Origin: a virus
Lineage: Duplodnaviria; Caudoviricetes
Virus record (IMG/VR): IMGVR_UViG_3300025018_000257
Location: 1-41,615 of that record
Reading direction: 5' to 3' (one strand)
DNA: 41,615 nt
In this document: piece after piece, positions 1 to 9,099 of the stretch
Layout: every line of letters starts with the position of its first letter
Numbering within the stretch: the stretch's first letter is position 1
Notes under the pieces: model-generated
What the model was told of the DNA's origin: nothing
What the model saw: only the letters and a program-made list of their open reading frames with translations
Database searches by the model: none
Translations under genes and position numbers: made by a program

Positions 1-186
<186 letters not shown>

Positions 187-200
<14 letters not shown>

Positions 201-510
201 AGGTGGGGAACTGCGCGATGTTCTCGGCAGCCTCGGGCGAGCAGGCGATGATCTCGCAGTTCTCGGTCAACACCAGCGTGACGGCTGCGCCCACGCGCGT
301 GTCTCGGGTATCGAGGCCGTGGACGGCGAGATCGGACAGGGTGATGCCCTTGTTGCCGTTGACCCGCCAGCGCCACAGGCGGCGGCTCTCGGCCAGCTCG
401 CACTGGCGGCCGTCGCGCGAGCGCAGCACGCCGGCGTGGACGCCGGCATCGCGCGTGCGCACGATCACGAATTTGCCGATCCAGGGATCGTCGGGCAGCT
501 GCTTTGTCAT
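187..510 (-). CDS. DUF6948-like phage protein
   Basis: IGKFVIVRTRDAGVHAG...SRRLWRW...TLSDLA pattern recalled for this family; AAGGAAG upstream. Confidence 0.75.
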
Positions 511-571
511 TGATTGTCTTCCTTGCTGTGGTGCCGCGAACCGCGCGGCGCGGATTGGTAAATCTCGGGCA

Positions 572-682
572 TCAGGCGGCCAGCAGCCAATACAGCAGCC
601 CGATCGCCGCCGCGGCGCTGGCGGGGGCCAGCAGCAGCCATACGGCGGCGCTGCGCCATCCGATGTGGGGTTGCCGCGCCAT
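572..682 (-). CDS. Small membrane peptide (36 aa)
   Basis: MARQPHIGWRSAAVWLLLAP...IGLLYWLLAA; TGATG coupling to the upstream gene. Confidence 0.55.
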   Translation of the reverse strand: MARQPHIGWRSAAVWLLLAPASAAAAIGLLYWLLAA

Positions 683-924
683 CAGTCGTTCACTCCGGGG
701 TCCTGGTCGAAATCGTCGTTGGCGCTGGTGCGCGTGGCGAAGTAGCGGGCCGCATCGCGGCAGGCCTGGCGGTGGAGCTTGCGGTTGCCGAAGCGCCAGT
801 GGTCGAGGATCGCGGTGCGGATCCGGTGCGGGAGCTGGCGAAAGCAGCTGTCGCAGAGGCGCTGCCAGCGATAGCGTTCGTGGGTGCAGGTGGGCACGTC
901 GCAAGGCAGGCGACGCTTGCCCAT
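682..924 (-). CDS. Small Cys-rich (Zn-binding) protein
   Basis: CDVPTC...LCDSCF...H motif; GGAGG RBS upstream of ATG at 924. Confidence 0.65.
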   Translation of the reverse strand: MGKRRLPCDVPTCTHERYRWQRLCDSCFRQLPHRIRTAILDHWRFGNRKLHRQACRDAARYFATRTSANDDFDQDPGVND

Positions 925-1068
925 GTCAGCATGCCTCCGGCCAAGGCTGCCATCCGCCGCCTTGACCTTGGGGGGCACCGACTGATGGCAGCCGGCCGAC
1001 CGCGCCAGGCGCGGCCGGTTCACCCGCGCCGGCGGGTTCGCTTGTACCGGCGCGAGTGAGGGGGAAGG

Positions 1069-1449
1069 TCACGCGGCGCTGGCTCCAACCAAGCGAAGGT
1101 TGGCGGCGCGCTGATCCATGGTATCGGCGGCGCGGGCCATGTCCTGCTGGCTGATCGCGCAGGCGAGATCGGGCGGCAGCTGGCCGTCGAACCAGGCGTC
1201 GACCGCGCGCACGTTCCAGCGGCTGCCGAGACGGACCTCGCGGGTGTTGCCCTGGCCCTTGACGAACAGCGGGAACGGTTCGGGAAAGCCGCTGTCGGCG
1301 ACGAGCGCGGCGACGTAGCGCACCAGCGCGGTGTTGCCGAGGCGCAGGGCGCCGGCGCGCTGCTTGATGTAGCGGATCCCGCAGGTGAAGCGGTCGGCGT
1401 CGATCCTGCGATCGGGCGCTGGCGGCGACGATGGTGCCAGTGCGGACAT
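1069..1449 (-). CDS. AlpA/excisionase-like DNA-binding protein
   Basis: GFPEP...SRWNVRAVDAWF resembles the AlpA/Xis signature; first gene after the PL-like promoter; GGGGAG RBS. Confidence 0.55.
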   Translation of the reverse strand: MSALAPSSPPAPDRRIDADRFTCGIRYIKQRAGALRLGNTALVRYVAALVADSGFPEPFPLFVKGQGNTREVRLGSRWNVRAVDAWFDGQLPPDLACAISQQDMARAADTMDQRAANLRLVGASAA

Positions 1450-1479
1450 TGGAACGCTCCCCGTTTGCTTACGGGTGGC

Positions 1480-1532
1480 GTTTTATGTCCAGAATGGAAA
1501 TGGCGTCAAGAAAAAAGTTGCCGTTTTGGAAA
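1480..1532 (-). promoter_or_regulatory. PL-like promoter with two operators (OL)
   Basis: TTGACG at 1509-1504 with an A-rich -10 near 1486-1480; 15-bp imperfect palindromes TGTCCAGAATGGAAA (1486-1500) and TTGCCGTTTTGGAAA (1518-1532). Confidence 0.7.
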
Positions 1533-1537
1533 TGGCG

Positions 1538-1888
1538 TCACGCGGCATCCTCGGCGGGCGGGCCGTTCCAGTCGATCACCGCGTCGGCGACGCGGGCGAA
1601 ACGATCGCGGTCCTCGCGGCTGCCGGCGCGCAGCCGTTCGATCAACGCCTTCTCCTCGGGCGAGAGCGCCCAGGGATTGTCGACGCGAGGCAGCAGCTCG
1701 GCCGGGGCGACGCCGAGCACGTTGGCGATGCGGCGCATCCACAGCTGGTCGAGCTTGCGGTCGCCGGTTTCGACCTTGGACAGCGCCGACGGGGTGCAGT
1801 GGATCTGCCGTGCGAGCGCGGCCTGCGACATGCCGATCGCCTCGCGCAGCTCGACTATGCGATTGGGGGGTGAAGTGTTGTCGCTCAC
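1538..1888 (-). CDS. cI: XRE-family phage repressor (CI-like), no peptidase domain
   Basis: NRIVELREAIGMSQAALARQIHCTPSALSKVETG HTH; divergent from the cro-like gene; start GTG 1888 (or ATG 1921). Confidence 0.85.
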   Translation of the reverse strand: MSDNTSPPNRIVELREAIGMSQAALARQIHCTPSALSKVETGDRKLDQLWMRRIANVLGVAPAELLPRVDNPWALSPEEKALIERLRAGSREDRDRFARVADAVIDWNGPPAEDAA

Positions 1889-1914
1889 CAGGCGAATATA
1901 GCTTGTCCCCCGAA

Positions 1915-1969
1915 TTGCCATATTGGCATATTGCCATTTTGGAAACGGCTTGTCTATCCAATTTGGACA
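1915..1969. promoter_or_regulatory. OR-like operator triplet
   Basis: TTGCCATATTGGCAT (1915-1929), TTGCCATTTTGGAAA (1931-1945), TATCCAATTTGGACA (1955-1969); same CCR-N3-TGG core as the OL sites. Confidence 0.8.
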
Positions 1970-2002
1970 TGGCGCGTGGTGCGCCGGAGGATGGGGCAAG
2001 CC

Positions 2003-2230
2003 GTGAAGCTGCAGGACTGGCGGGAAAACGAGGGGCTGACGCGCGAGCAGCTGGCGGCGCGACTGCCGAGCCGGCCCGACGCGCTCAACGTCTATCGCTG
2101 GGAAACCGGGCGGCGGCTGCCGAACCGCGGCGCAGCGGTGGAGATCTACGTGCTGACGGCGGGCGCGGTGACGCCCAACGATTTCTACGAGCTGCCGCTG
2201 CTCGAACAGCCGCTCGAACGCGCGGCGTGA
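2003..2230 (+). CDS. cro: Cro-like HTH regulator
   Basis: KLQDWRENEGLTREQLAARL...VYRWETGRRLP...TAGAVTPNDFY. Confidence 0.8.
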   Translation: MKLQDWRENEGLTREQLAARLPSRPDALNVYRWETGRRLPNRGAAVEIYVLTAGAVTPNDFYELPLLEQPLERAA

Positions 2231-2309
2231 CCGGCGGTGGTGCATGCAAATCCCCCCTTGCGGGCTCCCACCCGCCACCAGATCCCGGCAAACCCGTACG
2301 GTAAACGTG

Positions 2310-2325
2310 TTAATGCTCTGTTGAC
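2310..2325. promoter_or_regulatory. CtrA-box-like site
   Basis: TTAA-N7-TTGAC, one mismatch to TTAA-N7-TTAAC, in an AT-rich intergenic patch. Confidence 0.4.
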
Positions 2326-2343
2326 CCGCGGGCATGGCGGGCG

Positions 2344-2622
2344 ATGAACGCGCGCAACCGGGCGAGCCAGTGCAACGCGCGGCCCGACCTGCACGACGCG
2401 CTGCTGCCGCGCGAACGCGAGATCCTGGCGCTGTGGGACGCGGGGCAGGATCACGCGACGATCGCCGCGGCGCTGGGGCTGGCCACGGTGACGGTGGAGA
2501 AGTGCTGCAGCACGTTCGACGACCGGCCCGACGATTCCAATGCGAAGATGCGCAAGGGCTCGGCCGAGCTGCGCGCGCGCATCCTGCAGTTCCATCCGCA
2601 TGTGGTGCTGGGGCGAGGCTGA
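2344..2622 (+). CDS. LuxR/sigma region 4-type HTH protein
   Basis: LLPREREILALWDAGQDHATIAAALGLATVTVEK. Confidence 0.75.
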   Translation: MNARNRASQCNARPDLHDALLPREREILALWDAGQDHATIAAALGLATVTVEKCCSTFDDRPDDSNAKMRKGSAELRARILQFHPHVVLGRG

Positions 2623-3287
2623 TGGCGCGGCTCGACCAGCGGCAACGGATGCAGCGGATCGTCGCCGGTGTGCTGGCGCTGGCGCGCTCGGCCGCTGTCG
2701 ACGTGGGAGGCGCGGCCCCTTCCGCGCCGCGGTCAGAAGGAGAAAGCCATGGCCGAGAAGGAAAGCACCCTGCCCGAATTCAACCCGTCGGGAAGCGACG
2801 TCGTCGCCGGGATCAAGCAGCGCACGGAGGAGCTGATGCAGTTCCTGCGCGAGAAAGTGCCGGACAACCGCTGCCGCTCGATCGCGCTGACGAATTACGA
2901 GCAGGCGGCGATGTGGGCGGTGAAGGCGAACTTCACCTAACTTCCGTCGAGACACCTCCACCGGGTTCATCAACAGCCGCCGGCGCGGGCGGCTGCGAAG
3001 GGCAGGCACCTGCGGGACCAAAGGGGCCGGTGGAGGGCGATGTAGTACCCCGGAATGCCTGCCAACCGCGTGTGGAACCGGTCGAGGTGGCGACAGTGCC
3101 GCCGCCTCGGCCGGGACCGGCGCTGCCGCCGACGGTGTTCGGCGGCACCGCCGCGCCGCGCGACCGCTACGAGGCGCGCGAGAAGGGATTGGCGCGGTTC
3201 TGCGCGCAATGCGACCGGCTGATCGGCAACGACGCGGCGGCGCGGTGCGAGAGCCGGTTCTGCAGTCTGCGAAAGGTGGCAGCATGA
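2622..3287 (+). CDS. Hypothetical protein with C-terminal Cys4 motif; hosts a nested gene
   Basis: TGATG-coupled start, ATGA-coupled end; C-terminal FCAQC...CESRFC. Confidence 0.5.
   Translation: MARLDQRQRMQRIVAGVLALARSAAVDVGGAAPSAPRSEGESHGREGKHPARIQPVGKRRRRRDQAAHGGADAVPARESAGQPLPLDRADELRAGGDVGGEGELHLTSVETPPPGSSTAAGAGGCEGQAPAGPKGPVEGDVVPRNACQPRVEPVEVATVPPPRPGPALPPTVFGGTAAPRDRYEAREKGLARFCAQCDRLIGNDAAARCESRFCSLRKVAA
2749..2940 (+). CDS. Acb2/Tad1-like helical hairpin protein (putative nucleotide-signal sponge), 63 aa
   Basis: Strong GAAGGAG RBS; FNPSG...RCRSIALTNYEQAAMWAVKA; typical codon usage. Family call is from motif recall. Confidence 0.65.
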   Translation: MAEKESTLPEFNPSGSDVVAGIKQRTEELMQFLREKVPDNRCRSIALTNYEQAAMWAVKANFT

Positions 3288-3550
3288 GTTATCCTGAAAC
3301 CCCGCCGCGGCGGCTTTCGATCCTGTCGACCGACCCGCACCATCACCCCTGCTGCAGCCACGTGGGCGTGCTGTTCGACGGTGCCGATCGGCGCGACGTG
3401 GTGACCTACGACGTCGATACCGGGCGGATCGAGGTTGTGCGCGGCGAGCCGCTGACGGGCACGGTCGAGCCGTACTGGCGCAAGCCGCGCAATCGCCAGC
3501 AGCTGCGCCGCTGGGCGCGCTACGACGAGAAGCATGGGGCGCCGGAATGA
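3284..3550 (+). CDS. DUF3297-like protein
   Basis: PRRLS...VGVLFDG...YDV...GTVEPYWR; coupled at both ends. Confidence 0.55.
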   Translation: MSYPETPPRRLSILSTDPHHHPCCSHVGVLFDGADRRDVVTYDVDTGRIEVVRGEPLTGTVEPYWRKPRNRQQLRRWARYDEKHGAPE

Positions 3551-3798
3551 GCTGGCGTCCAGCCTGTCATCTTCGTGGCGGCAAGTTGCCGAGGCCCGAT
3601 CAACGCGAACGGGACGCCGAAATCGTGCGGCTATATCGGGAAACGAACATGTCGCAGGACGATATTGCAGCCGCCTTTCTTGTGAGCCGGGTCACCGTTT
3701 GGTCAGCGATCAAGCGGGCGGATGCCCGGATCTCCATGAGCGAGGTTGCGTACAAGCGCGAGCGGCGCCGGCGATGCTCTAGGATCCTTTCGGCGTGA
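3547..3798 (+). CDS. HTH DNA-binding protein
   Basis: RDAEIVRLYRETNMSQDDIAAAFLVSRVTVWSAIKR. Confidence 0.7.
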   Translation: MSWRPACHLRGGKLPRPDQRERDAEIVRLYRETNMSQDDIAAAFLVSRVTVWSAIKRADARISMSEVAYKRERRRRCSRILSA

Positions 3799-4922
3799 CC
3801 TCCGATCGCCTCACCGAAAGCGAGATCTCGGACATGCTGGCCGAGCGGATCGACAGCCTGGTGGCCGAGATCCTGCCGAATGCCCGGCGATCGGGGAGCG
3901 AGCTGACGGTGGGCAGCCTGGCCGGCGAGCCGGGCAAGTCGCTGTCGATCCACGTCGGCCGCAATGCCCGGCGCGGGATCTGGAAGGACTTTGCCGGGAC
4001 CGATGGCGGCGACGCGCTCAAGCTGGTGTGCCTGGTGCTGTTCGGCGGCGACTACAAGCGCGCGGTGCCGTGGGCCAAGAGCTGGCTGGGGATCGACCAG
4101 ATGGACCCGGCGCGGTTCGAGCAGGCGCGGCAGCAGGCGCAGGCGCGCGCCGCGGCGCGCGACGCCGGGGCCGAAGCCGAGCAGGAGGCCCGGCGCAAGC
4201 GCGCGCATGCCACCTGGCTGGCAGCGCGGCCGCTCGAGCGCGGCGACCCGGTCGACCGCTACCTGCTGGCGCGCGGGATCGACCTCGGCGTGCTCGAGCA
4301 TGGGCCGGGCGTGCTGCGGTACCATCCGGCGCTGCCGTACTGGGTGTTCGACAAGGACGCCGATCGCTTCATCAAGCTGGTGGAGCTGCCGGCGATGGTG
4401 GCGGCGGTGACCGAGCTGGCGACCGGCCGGTTCATCGCCTGCCACCGGACCTGGTTGCGCGCCGATGGCCGCGGCAAGGCCGGGGCGGCCGAGCTGGGCC
4501 ACGATCACCGCGGCCGGGTACGCGATGCCAAGAAGGTGGCGGGCAGTTTTACCGGCGGGCACATCAAGCTGTGGCTGGGCCGCGATGCCGCGGGGCAGCG
4601 GTACAAGGGCCCGCTGCGCTCGCTGCGCCTCGGCCGGCTGCATATCAGCGAGGGGATCGAGGACGGGCTGACCGCGGCGGTGGCGGATCCCGATATCGCG
4701 GCGATCGCCGCCATCACCGTGGGCAACATGGTCACACTGGCGCTGCCCGAGCAGGCGCGCGAGCTGGTGATGCTGAAACAGAACGACGCGCCCGATTCGG
4801 ACGCGGCGGCGACCTACCTGCAGGCGGTCGAACGGTACCGCGGCGAAGGCCGCCGGGTGCTCGAGGCGGTGCCGCCGCCGGGGGTGAAGGACTTGAACGA
4901 CCTGGCACGCGCCGGGTCATAG
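3795..4922 (+). CDS. DNA primase (DUF7146/Toprim type)
   Basis: GSLAGEPGKSL, WKDFA, YLLARGI, HRTWL, Toprim ISEGIEDGL, C-terminal PPPGVKDLND. Confidence 0.85.
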   Translation: MTSDRLTESEISDMLAERIDSLVAEILPNARRSGSELTVGSLAGEPGKSLSIHVGRNARRGIWKDFAGTDGGDALKLVCLVLFGGDYKRAVPWAKSWLGIDQMDPARFEQARQQAQARAAARDAGAEAEQEARRKRAHATWLAARPLERGDPVDRYLLARGIDLGVLEHGPGVLRYHPALPYWVFDKDADRFIKLVELPAMVAAVTELATGRFIACHRTWLRADGRGKAGAAELGHDHRGRVRDAKKVAGSFTGGHIKLWLGRDAAGQRYKGPLRSLRLGRLHISEGIEDGLTAAVADPDIAAIAAITVGNMVTLALPEQARELVMLKQNDAPDSDAAATYLQAVERYRGEGRRVLEAVPPPGVKDLNDLARAGS

Positions 4923-4938
4923 CAGCAGGGAGTCGGGC

Positions 4939-6840
4939 TTGGCAGGCAGGCTGGACAGCGTGAAAGCGGCGCTCGACGCGGCGCAGGAAGCCGGGATCAC
5001 CGGCGATCCGGCCGCGCCCGTCGACCACGACGGACCCGGCATGCCCGAGAGCTGCCCGGTGGCGGCCGTGGGGACGCAGGGCGGGCTGTTCTATTACCTG
5101 TCGGCGCTGGGCGAGCTGCGCGCGCTGAAAGCCGACCAGGTGGCCAACAAGCACATCGTCGCGCTGTTCGCGCCGCGATCGGCCTACCTGATCGAGCAGT
5201 GGCCGCGCAAGAAGCTGGTCAAGACCAGGGATGCCGCCGGCGACGAGATTGAGGAATGGATCGTGACGGGCTGGCGCACCGACGACGTGAGCATGCTGCT
5301 GATGGATGCGGCGGCGAGCAAGGGTGTGTGGGATCCGCGCGAGAGGGTGCGCGGCCGCGGCGGGTGGCAGGCCGAGGATGGCAGCCTGGTGCTGCACGCG
5401 GGCGACCGGATCCTGCTGCACGGCCAGTGGTGCAAGCCGGGGCTGTACGAGGATCTGGTCTATCCGACGCAGCCGGCGATCCCGCGGCCGGCGAAGAAGG
5501 TACCCAAGGACGCCAGCGCGCTGGCACCGCGGCTGTGCGAGTATCTCGAGACGCGCGGGGTGGAATTCGCGAACAGCGCGGGCGGCATCATCCACGGCCT
5601 GTTCGAGTGCTGGCGCTATGCCCGGCCGACGGTCGATCCAATGCTGCTGACCGGGTGGAACGCGGCGGCGATCTATGGCGGGGCGCTCGATTACCGGCCG
5701 CTGATCTGGCTGGCGGGAGACAAGGCGACGGGCAAGAGCCACCTGCAGAAAGCCACCGGGCTGATCCACGGCAACGGGATCCTGCAGAGCCCCGACGCGA
5801 CCGAGGCGGCGGTGCGGCAGATCCTCGGCCAGCAGTCGCTGCCGGTGGCGATCGACGAGGCCGAGGCCGACGAGGACAACCGCAAGATGCTGGCGCTGAT
5901 CAAGCTGGCCCGCCTCGCCGCCACCAGCCAGGGCAACGTGCTGCGCGGCGGGCAGGATCACGAAGGCCACGAATTCCGCGCGACCAGCTGTTTCCTGTTC
6001 TCGAGCATCCTGATCCCGCCGATCCCGCCGCAGGACAAGAGTCGCCTGGCGGTGCTCGAGCTCGACGAGATCGCCGGGACATTGCGCGAGCCACCGCTCG
6101 ACGAGTGCAAGCGCGAGCTGGCGGTTCTCGGCGAGCAGCTGCGCAAGGACATGGCTGATCGCTGGCCGCTGTGGCGCGACCGGCTGCGGCTGTTCCGCAA
6201 CGCGATGATCGACATTGGCGGGCACCAGGGGCGCACCGCCGACCAGTTCGGCAGCCTGCTCGCCGCGGCGCACCTGGCGCTATCGGAAGCGCCGCCCACG
6301 CCCGCGGAGCTGGCGCGCTGGGCCGAGTTGCTGGGCAAGGACCAGCTGACCGAGGCGAGCGACAATGCCAGCGAGGCGACGCGCTGCATCGAGCGCCTGG
6401 TCTATGCCAACGTGCAGCTGACCGGGGCAGGATCCAAGAAACAGGTGAGCGAGTGGCTGCTGCAGTCGGTGACCACGGACGATTGGGGCGTGGCGGATGC
6501 GGCGAGCCTGCGGCAGAGCGCCAACGACGCGCTGCAGCGGATCGGGCTGCGGGTGCTGCCGGGCGGCGACCCCAAGCGCAAGGCGGGCGGCAAGCTGGTG
6601 CCCGGCGTGACCTACGTGGCGGTGGCGAGCGACCATGCGGGACTGGCCGAGCTGTTCCAGGGCAGCCGGTGGAACAGCGGCACCTGGGCGCAGGCGCTGC
6701 GCCGGGCACCGGGGGCGGTGCGGTACGATCGGCAACGGATCGGCGGTCGCGTGACCGCCTGCACCACGCTGCCGATCACCGAGTTGGTGGAGATCGAGGA
6801 ACGCGAGGCCGCGCGGCAGAGGGAGAAGATGGATGGATAG
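4939..6840 (+). CDS. Replicative P-loop helicase/ATPase
   Basis: Walker A GDKATGKS, Walker B AIDEAE; directly after the primase. Confidence 0.8.
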   Translation: MAGRLDSVKAALDAAQEAGITGDPAAPVDHDGPGMPESCPVAAVGTQGGLFYYLSALGELRALKADQVANKHIVALFAPRSAYLIEQWPRKKLVKTRDAAGDEIEEWIVTGWRTDDVSMLLMDAAASKGVWDPRERVRGRGGWQAEDGSLVLHAGDRILLHGQWCKPGLYEDLVYPTQPAIPRPAKKVPKDASALAPRLCEYLETRGVEFANSAGGIIHGLFECWRYARPTVDPMLLTGWNAAAIYGGALDYRPLIWLAGDKATGKSHLQKATGLIHGNGILQSPDATEAAVRQILGQQSLPVAIDEAEADEDNRKMLALIKLARLAATSQGNVLRGGQDHEGHEFRATSCFLFSSILIPPIPPQDKSRLAVLELDEIAGTLREPPLDECKRELAVLGEQLRKDMADRWPLWRDRLRLFRNAMIDIGGHQGRTADQFGSLLAAAHLALSEAPPTPAELARWAELLGKDQLTEASDNASEATRCIERLVYANVQLTGAGSKKQVSEWLLQSVTTDDWGVADAASLRQSANDALQRIGLRVLPGGDPKRKAGGKLVPGVTYVAVASDHAGLAELFQGSRWNSGTWAQALRRAPGAVRYDRQRIGGRVTACTTLPITELVEIEEREAARQREKMDG

Positions 6841-7159
6841 CGCGACGATACCCTATCGGCCGAGCAACAGCACCGAAGGCTGCGAGTTCGAGGCGAAGTT
6901 TTGCGATCGGTGCGAATACAACAGTGAGGATCAGCGCGACGAAATGGCCGAGTGCTGCCTCATCCTGGCCAACGCCCTGGCCTATTCGATCGGCGAGCCG
7001 CACTTTCCGGCCGAGTGGGTGAGCGATGCGAACGGCGACAACCCGCGCTGTACCCGCTTCCGGCTGCTCGGTACAGGCACCTGGGAGCAAGCGGCCGAGG
7101 ATCGTCGGCGCTATGAGCTGGCGCTGGCAGAAATGCGGGCGGCGCGCGGCGAAGCATGA
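6833..7159 (+). CDS. Cys-containing hypothetical phage protein
   Basis: YRPSNSTEG...FCDRC...C.IL...P.EW...C; coupled to the helicase stop. Confidence 0.7.
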   Translation: MDSATIPYRPSNSTEGCEFEAKFCDRCEYNSEDQRDEMAECCLILANALAYSIGEPHFPAEWVSDANGDNPRCTRFRLLGTGTWEQAAEDRRRYELALAEMRAARGEA

Positions 7160-7450
7160 GCCTGCTGTCGCGCGCGACCAGCCCGACCAGGTACGCGGTG
7201 CCGCGCCACCGGACGGCGGGGAAGGCGCGACCCTTGCGATCGACGGCCTGCTCGAGTCGATCGACCCCGGTGCGGCGGCGGTGCTGCTGGCGATCGCCTC
7301 GAGCCCCTGCCGGGCGCTGGCCTCGGCGTCGGCGAGCTCGCGGTCGATCCGCTTGTCGAGGTCGAACATGGTGCGCGCGGTAAAGTTGCCCTTGAAGCGT
7401 TCGCGGCCGCCCATGCGGGCGAGCAGGCGCTGCTGGAAATTGTCGATCAT
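7150..7450 (-). pseudogene. Apparently frameshifted small gene
   Basis: GAAAGGA RBS and good codons MIDNFQQ...LEAIA; coding-like signal then moves to another frame near 7285 (QQHRRRTGVDRLEQAVDRKGRAFPAVRWRGTAYLVGL). 3' end approximate. Confidence 0.4.
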
Positions 7451-7464
7451 GGTTGTGGTTCCTT

Positions 7465-7782
7465 TCAGGCGTAGCAGCTGGTGCGGCAGGGTTGGCCGTC
7501 CCAGGGGTAGGCGTAGGCGTAGGGCGTGATCTGCACGAAGGTGCTGCCCCAGCTGGCCTTGTGGATCTTGCGGCGGAAGCGGGCGCTAACCAGCACCGCC
7601 TCGTCGGGCACCGCGCGGCCGGTCATGGCCAGCTCGCCGTCGCTGGTTTCCTTGCTGCCGAGCTTCTGCAGCACGGCGAACTGGCCAGCGATGCGCTCGA
7701 CGCGGTAGAAGTCGACGTTGGTTTGCTCGTAGCCCCAGCTGCTGGCGAGGATCTGGCCCTCGGTGATCTGTTGGTTGCTCAT
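7465..7782 (-). CDS. Conserved MGE protein (SWGYEQTNVDFY family)
   Basis: ILASSWGYEQTNVDFYRV motif recalled from plasmid/phage early proteins; ATGA coupling. Confidence 0.75.
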   Translation of the reverse strand: MSNQQITEGQILASSWGYEQTNVDFYRVERIAGQFAVLQKLGSKETSDGELAMTGRAVPDEAVLVSARFRRKIHKASWGSTFVQITPYAYAYPWDGQPCRTSCYA

Positions 7783-7997
7783 TGTGCGTTCTCCCTGGCT
7801 GCGGGAAAGGCAGCCCATGCGCGCTTGGCGGCCTGTTGGGGATCGTCGGTGCGCCAGAAGCCGCCGCTGTCGGGTTCAACCTTGTAGTCGCGTTCGATCC
7901 ATCCGTAGATTTCAGGGCGCGAGTCGCCCTGGAGCATCCACCGGAACACGCGGCCGTCGCTGCCGTCGATCTGACCGCTGGTTTGCTTGTCTTTCAT
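7779..7997 (-). CDS. Hypothetical protein
   Basis: GGAGG RBS; coupled to the next gene. Confidence 0.65.
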   Translation of the reverse strand: MKDKQTSGQIDGSDGRVFRWMLQGDSRPEIYGWIERDYKVEPDSGGFWRTDDPQQAAKRAWAAFPAARENAQ

Positions 7998-8078
7998 GGT
8001 GTTCAACCTCCATTGAGCCGGGCCGGAATGGCCCCAGCGGATGGGTGCGACCGGATTTGTCGCACCGCACCGCTGGGG

Positions 8079-8465
8079 TCAGACCAGCTGCAGCTGGCGG
8101 CCCTGCGGCTCGCCGCCGAATTGCGCCCAGCAATCGCGGCGCCATTCGGCCGCCCAGGCATCGCCCGGCCAGATCGGGGTGAGCAGCTCGAGGATCTGCC
8201 GCGGGCAGCGCCGTTCGTTCGGGCCCACGGTTTCGTCCATCAGCTTGTAGCCGAAGGGCTGGCGCTGGAACAAAGCCACCAGCGCGACGATCCGCGGCTG
8301 CACGTTCGGCCGTTCGATCCGCGCGGCGGCATAGTAGGCGCGGCCGACGATCGCGCTGGCCAGCACCCGGCAGCCGTCGCCCTGGTCGCCCCAGGTGCAG
8401 ATCCGGTCAAGCTCGGCCTGCGGGCAGGGCACGGACTCGAAAGCGTTGTAAATCAACCATCCCAT
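8079..8465 (-). CDS. DUF6927-like protein
   Basis: YYAAA...FGYKLMDETVGP...CP..ILELL...WAAEWRRDC; GGAGG RBS. Confidence 0.75.
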   Translation of the reverse strand: MGWLIYNAFESVPCPQAELDRICTWGDQGDGCRVLASAIVGRAYYAAARIERPNVQPRIVALVALFQRQPFGYKLMDETVGPNERRCPRQILELLTPIWPGDAWAAEWRRDCWAQFGGEPQGRQLQLV

Positions 8466-8517
8466 AATCAACCTCCATTGTCGGGGCGCCCGGCCCGATG
8501 CCAGGCGCCAGGGGAAT

Positions 8518-8910
8518 TCAGAGCAGCGCGGGGCTGCGGTAGCTGTCGAACAGCGCGAGCCCGTCGACGTCGGCTTGTGCCACCGGCCGTCGCAAGGGCG
8601 CGGCGGCGAGCAGCTGCAGGCGCGGCTTGCTGGCCTGCCGGCTTTGCCGATCGCGGCCGACCTTGCGGGCAGCCATCGCGCGATCCTCGAAAGCGTAGGC
8701 GGCATTGCAGGCCGCGGCATTGCGCCGGTTGACCGGGTGAGCCGGGCCGAGGATGCCGCCGCCGAGCGCGTCGCGATCGCGCTCGAGCTGTTCCAGCGCA
8801 CGGCCGCGAAGCCATGCACCGGCGAGGCGAATCCGGCGCACATAGGTCAGGTTGCGATCGCACGGCTGCAGGCCGTGCGCTTCGCAATAGTCGAAGTCGT
8901 TGGCGGCCAT
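8518..8910 (-). CDS. Hypothetical protein
   Basis: MAANDFDYCEAHG...DGLALFD; TGATG coupling. Confidence 0.65.
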   Translation of the reverse strand: MAANDFDYCEAHGLQPCDRNLTYVRRIRLAGAWLRGRALEQLERDRDALGGGILGPAHPVNRRNAAACNAAYAFEDRAMAARKVGRDRQSRQASKPRLQLLAAAPLRRPVAQADVDGLALFDSYRSPALL

Positions 8911-9050
8911 CAGTTGAGCTCCGCGAATTGATCGCGATCGCCTGCCGCGATCGGCAGAGCGGTCATGTAGCGGGAGAGGAACCACTTGCCCTTGGGAAAG
9001 CTGGTTGCCGCGGTGAGAGCGTAAACCGCATTGTCGGTGGGGATCGTCAT
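8910..9050 (-). CDS. Small hypothetical protein (46 aa)
   Basis: GGAGG RBS; first gene after the promoter at 9104-9132. Confidence 0.55.
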   Translation of the reverse strand: MTIPTDNAVYALTAATSFPKGKWFLSRYMTALPIAAGDRDQFAELN

Positions 9051-9099
9051 TGTCAGCCTCCATTTGCTGCCATCCCCGGCCTCGATTGCCGGGAACAGG

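Noticed and set aside
1450-2000. Alphaproteobacterial LexA box (GTTC-N7-GTTC)
   Set aside because: None seen by eye here or near the other promoters; not an exhaustive scan.
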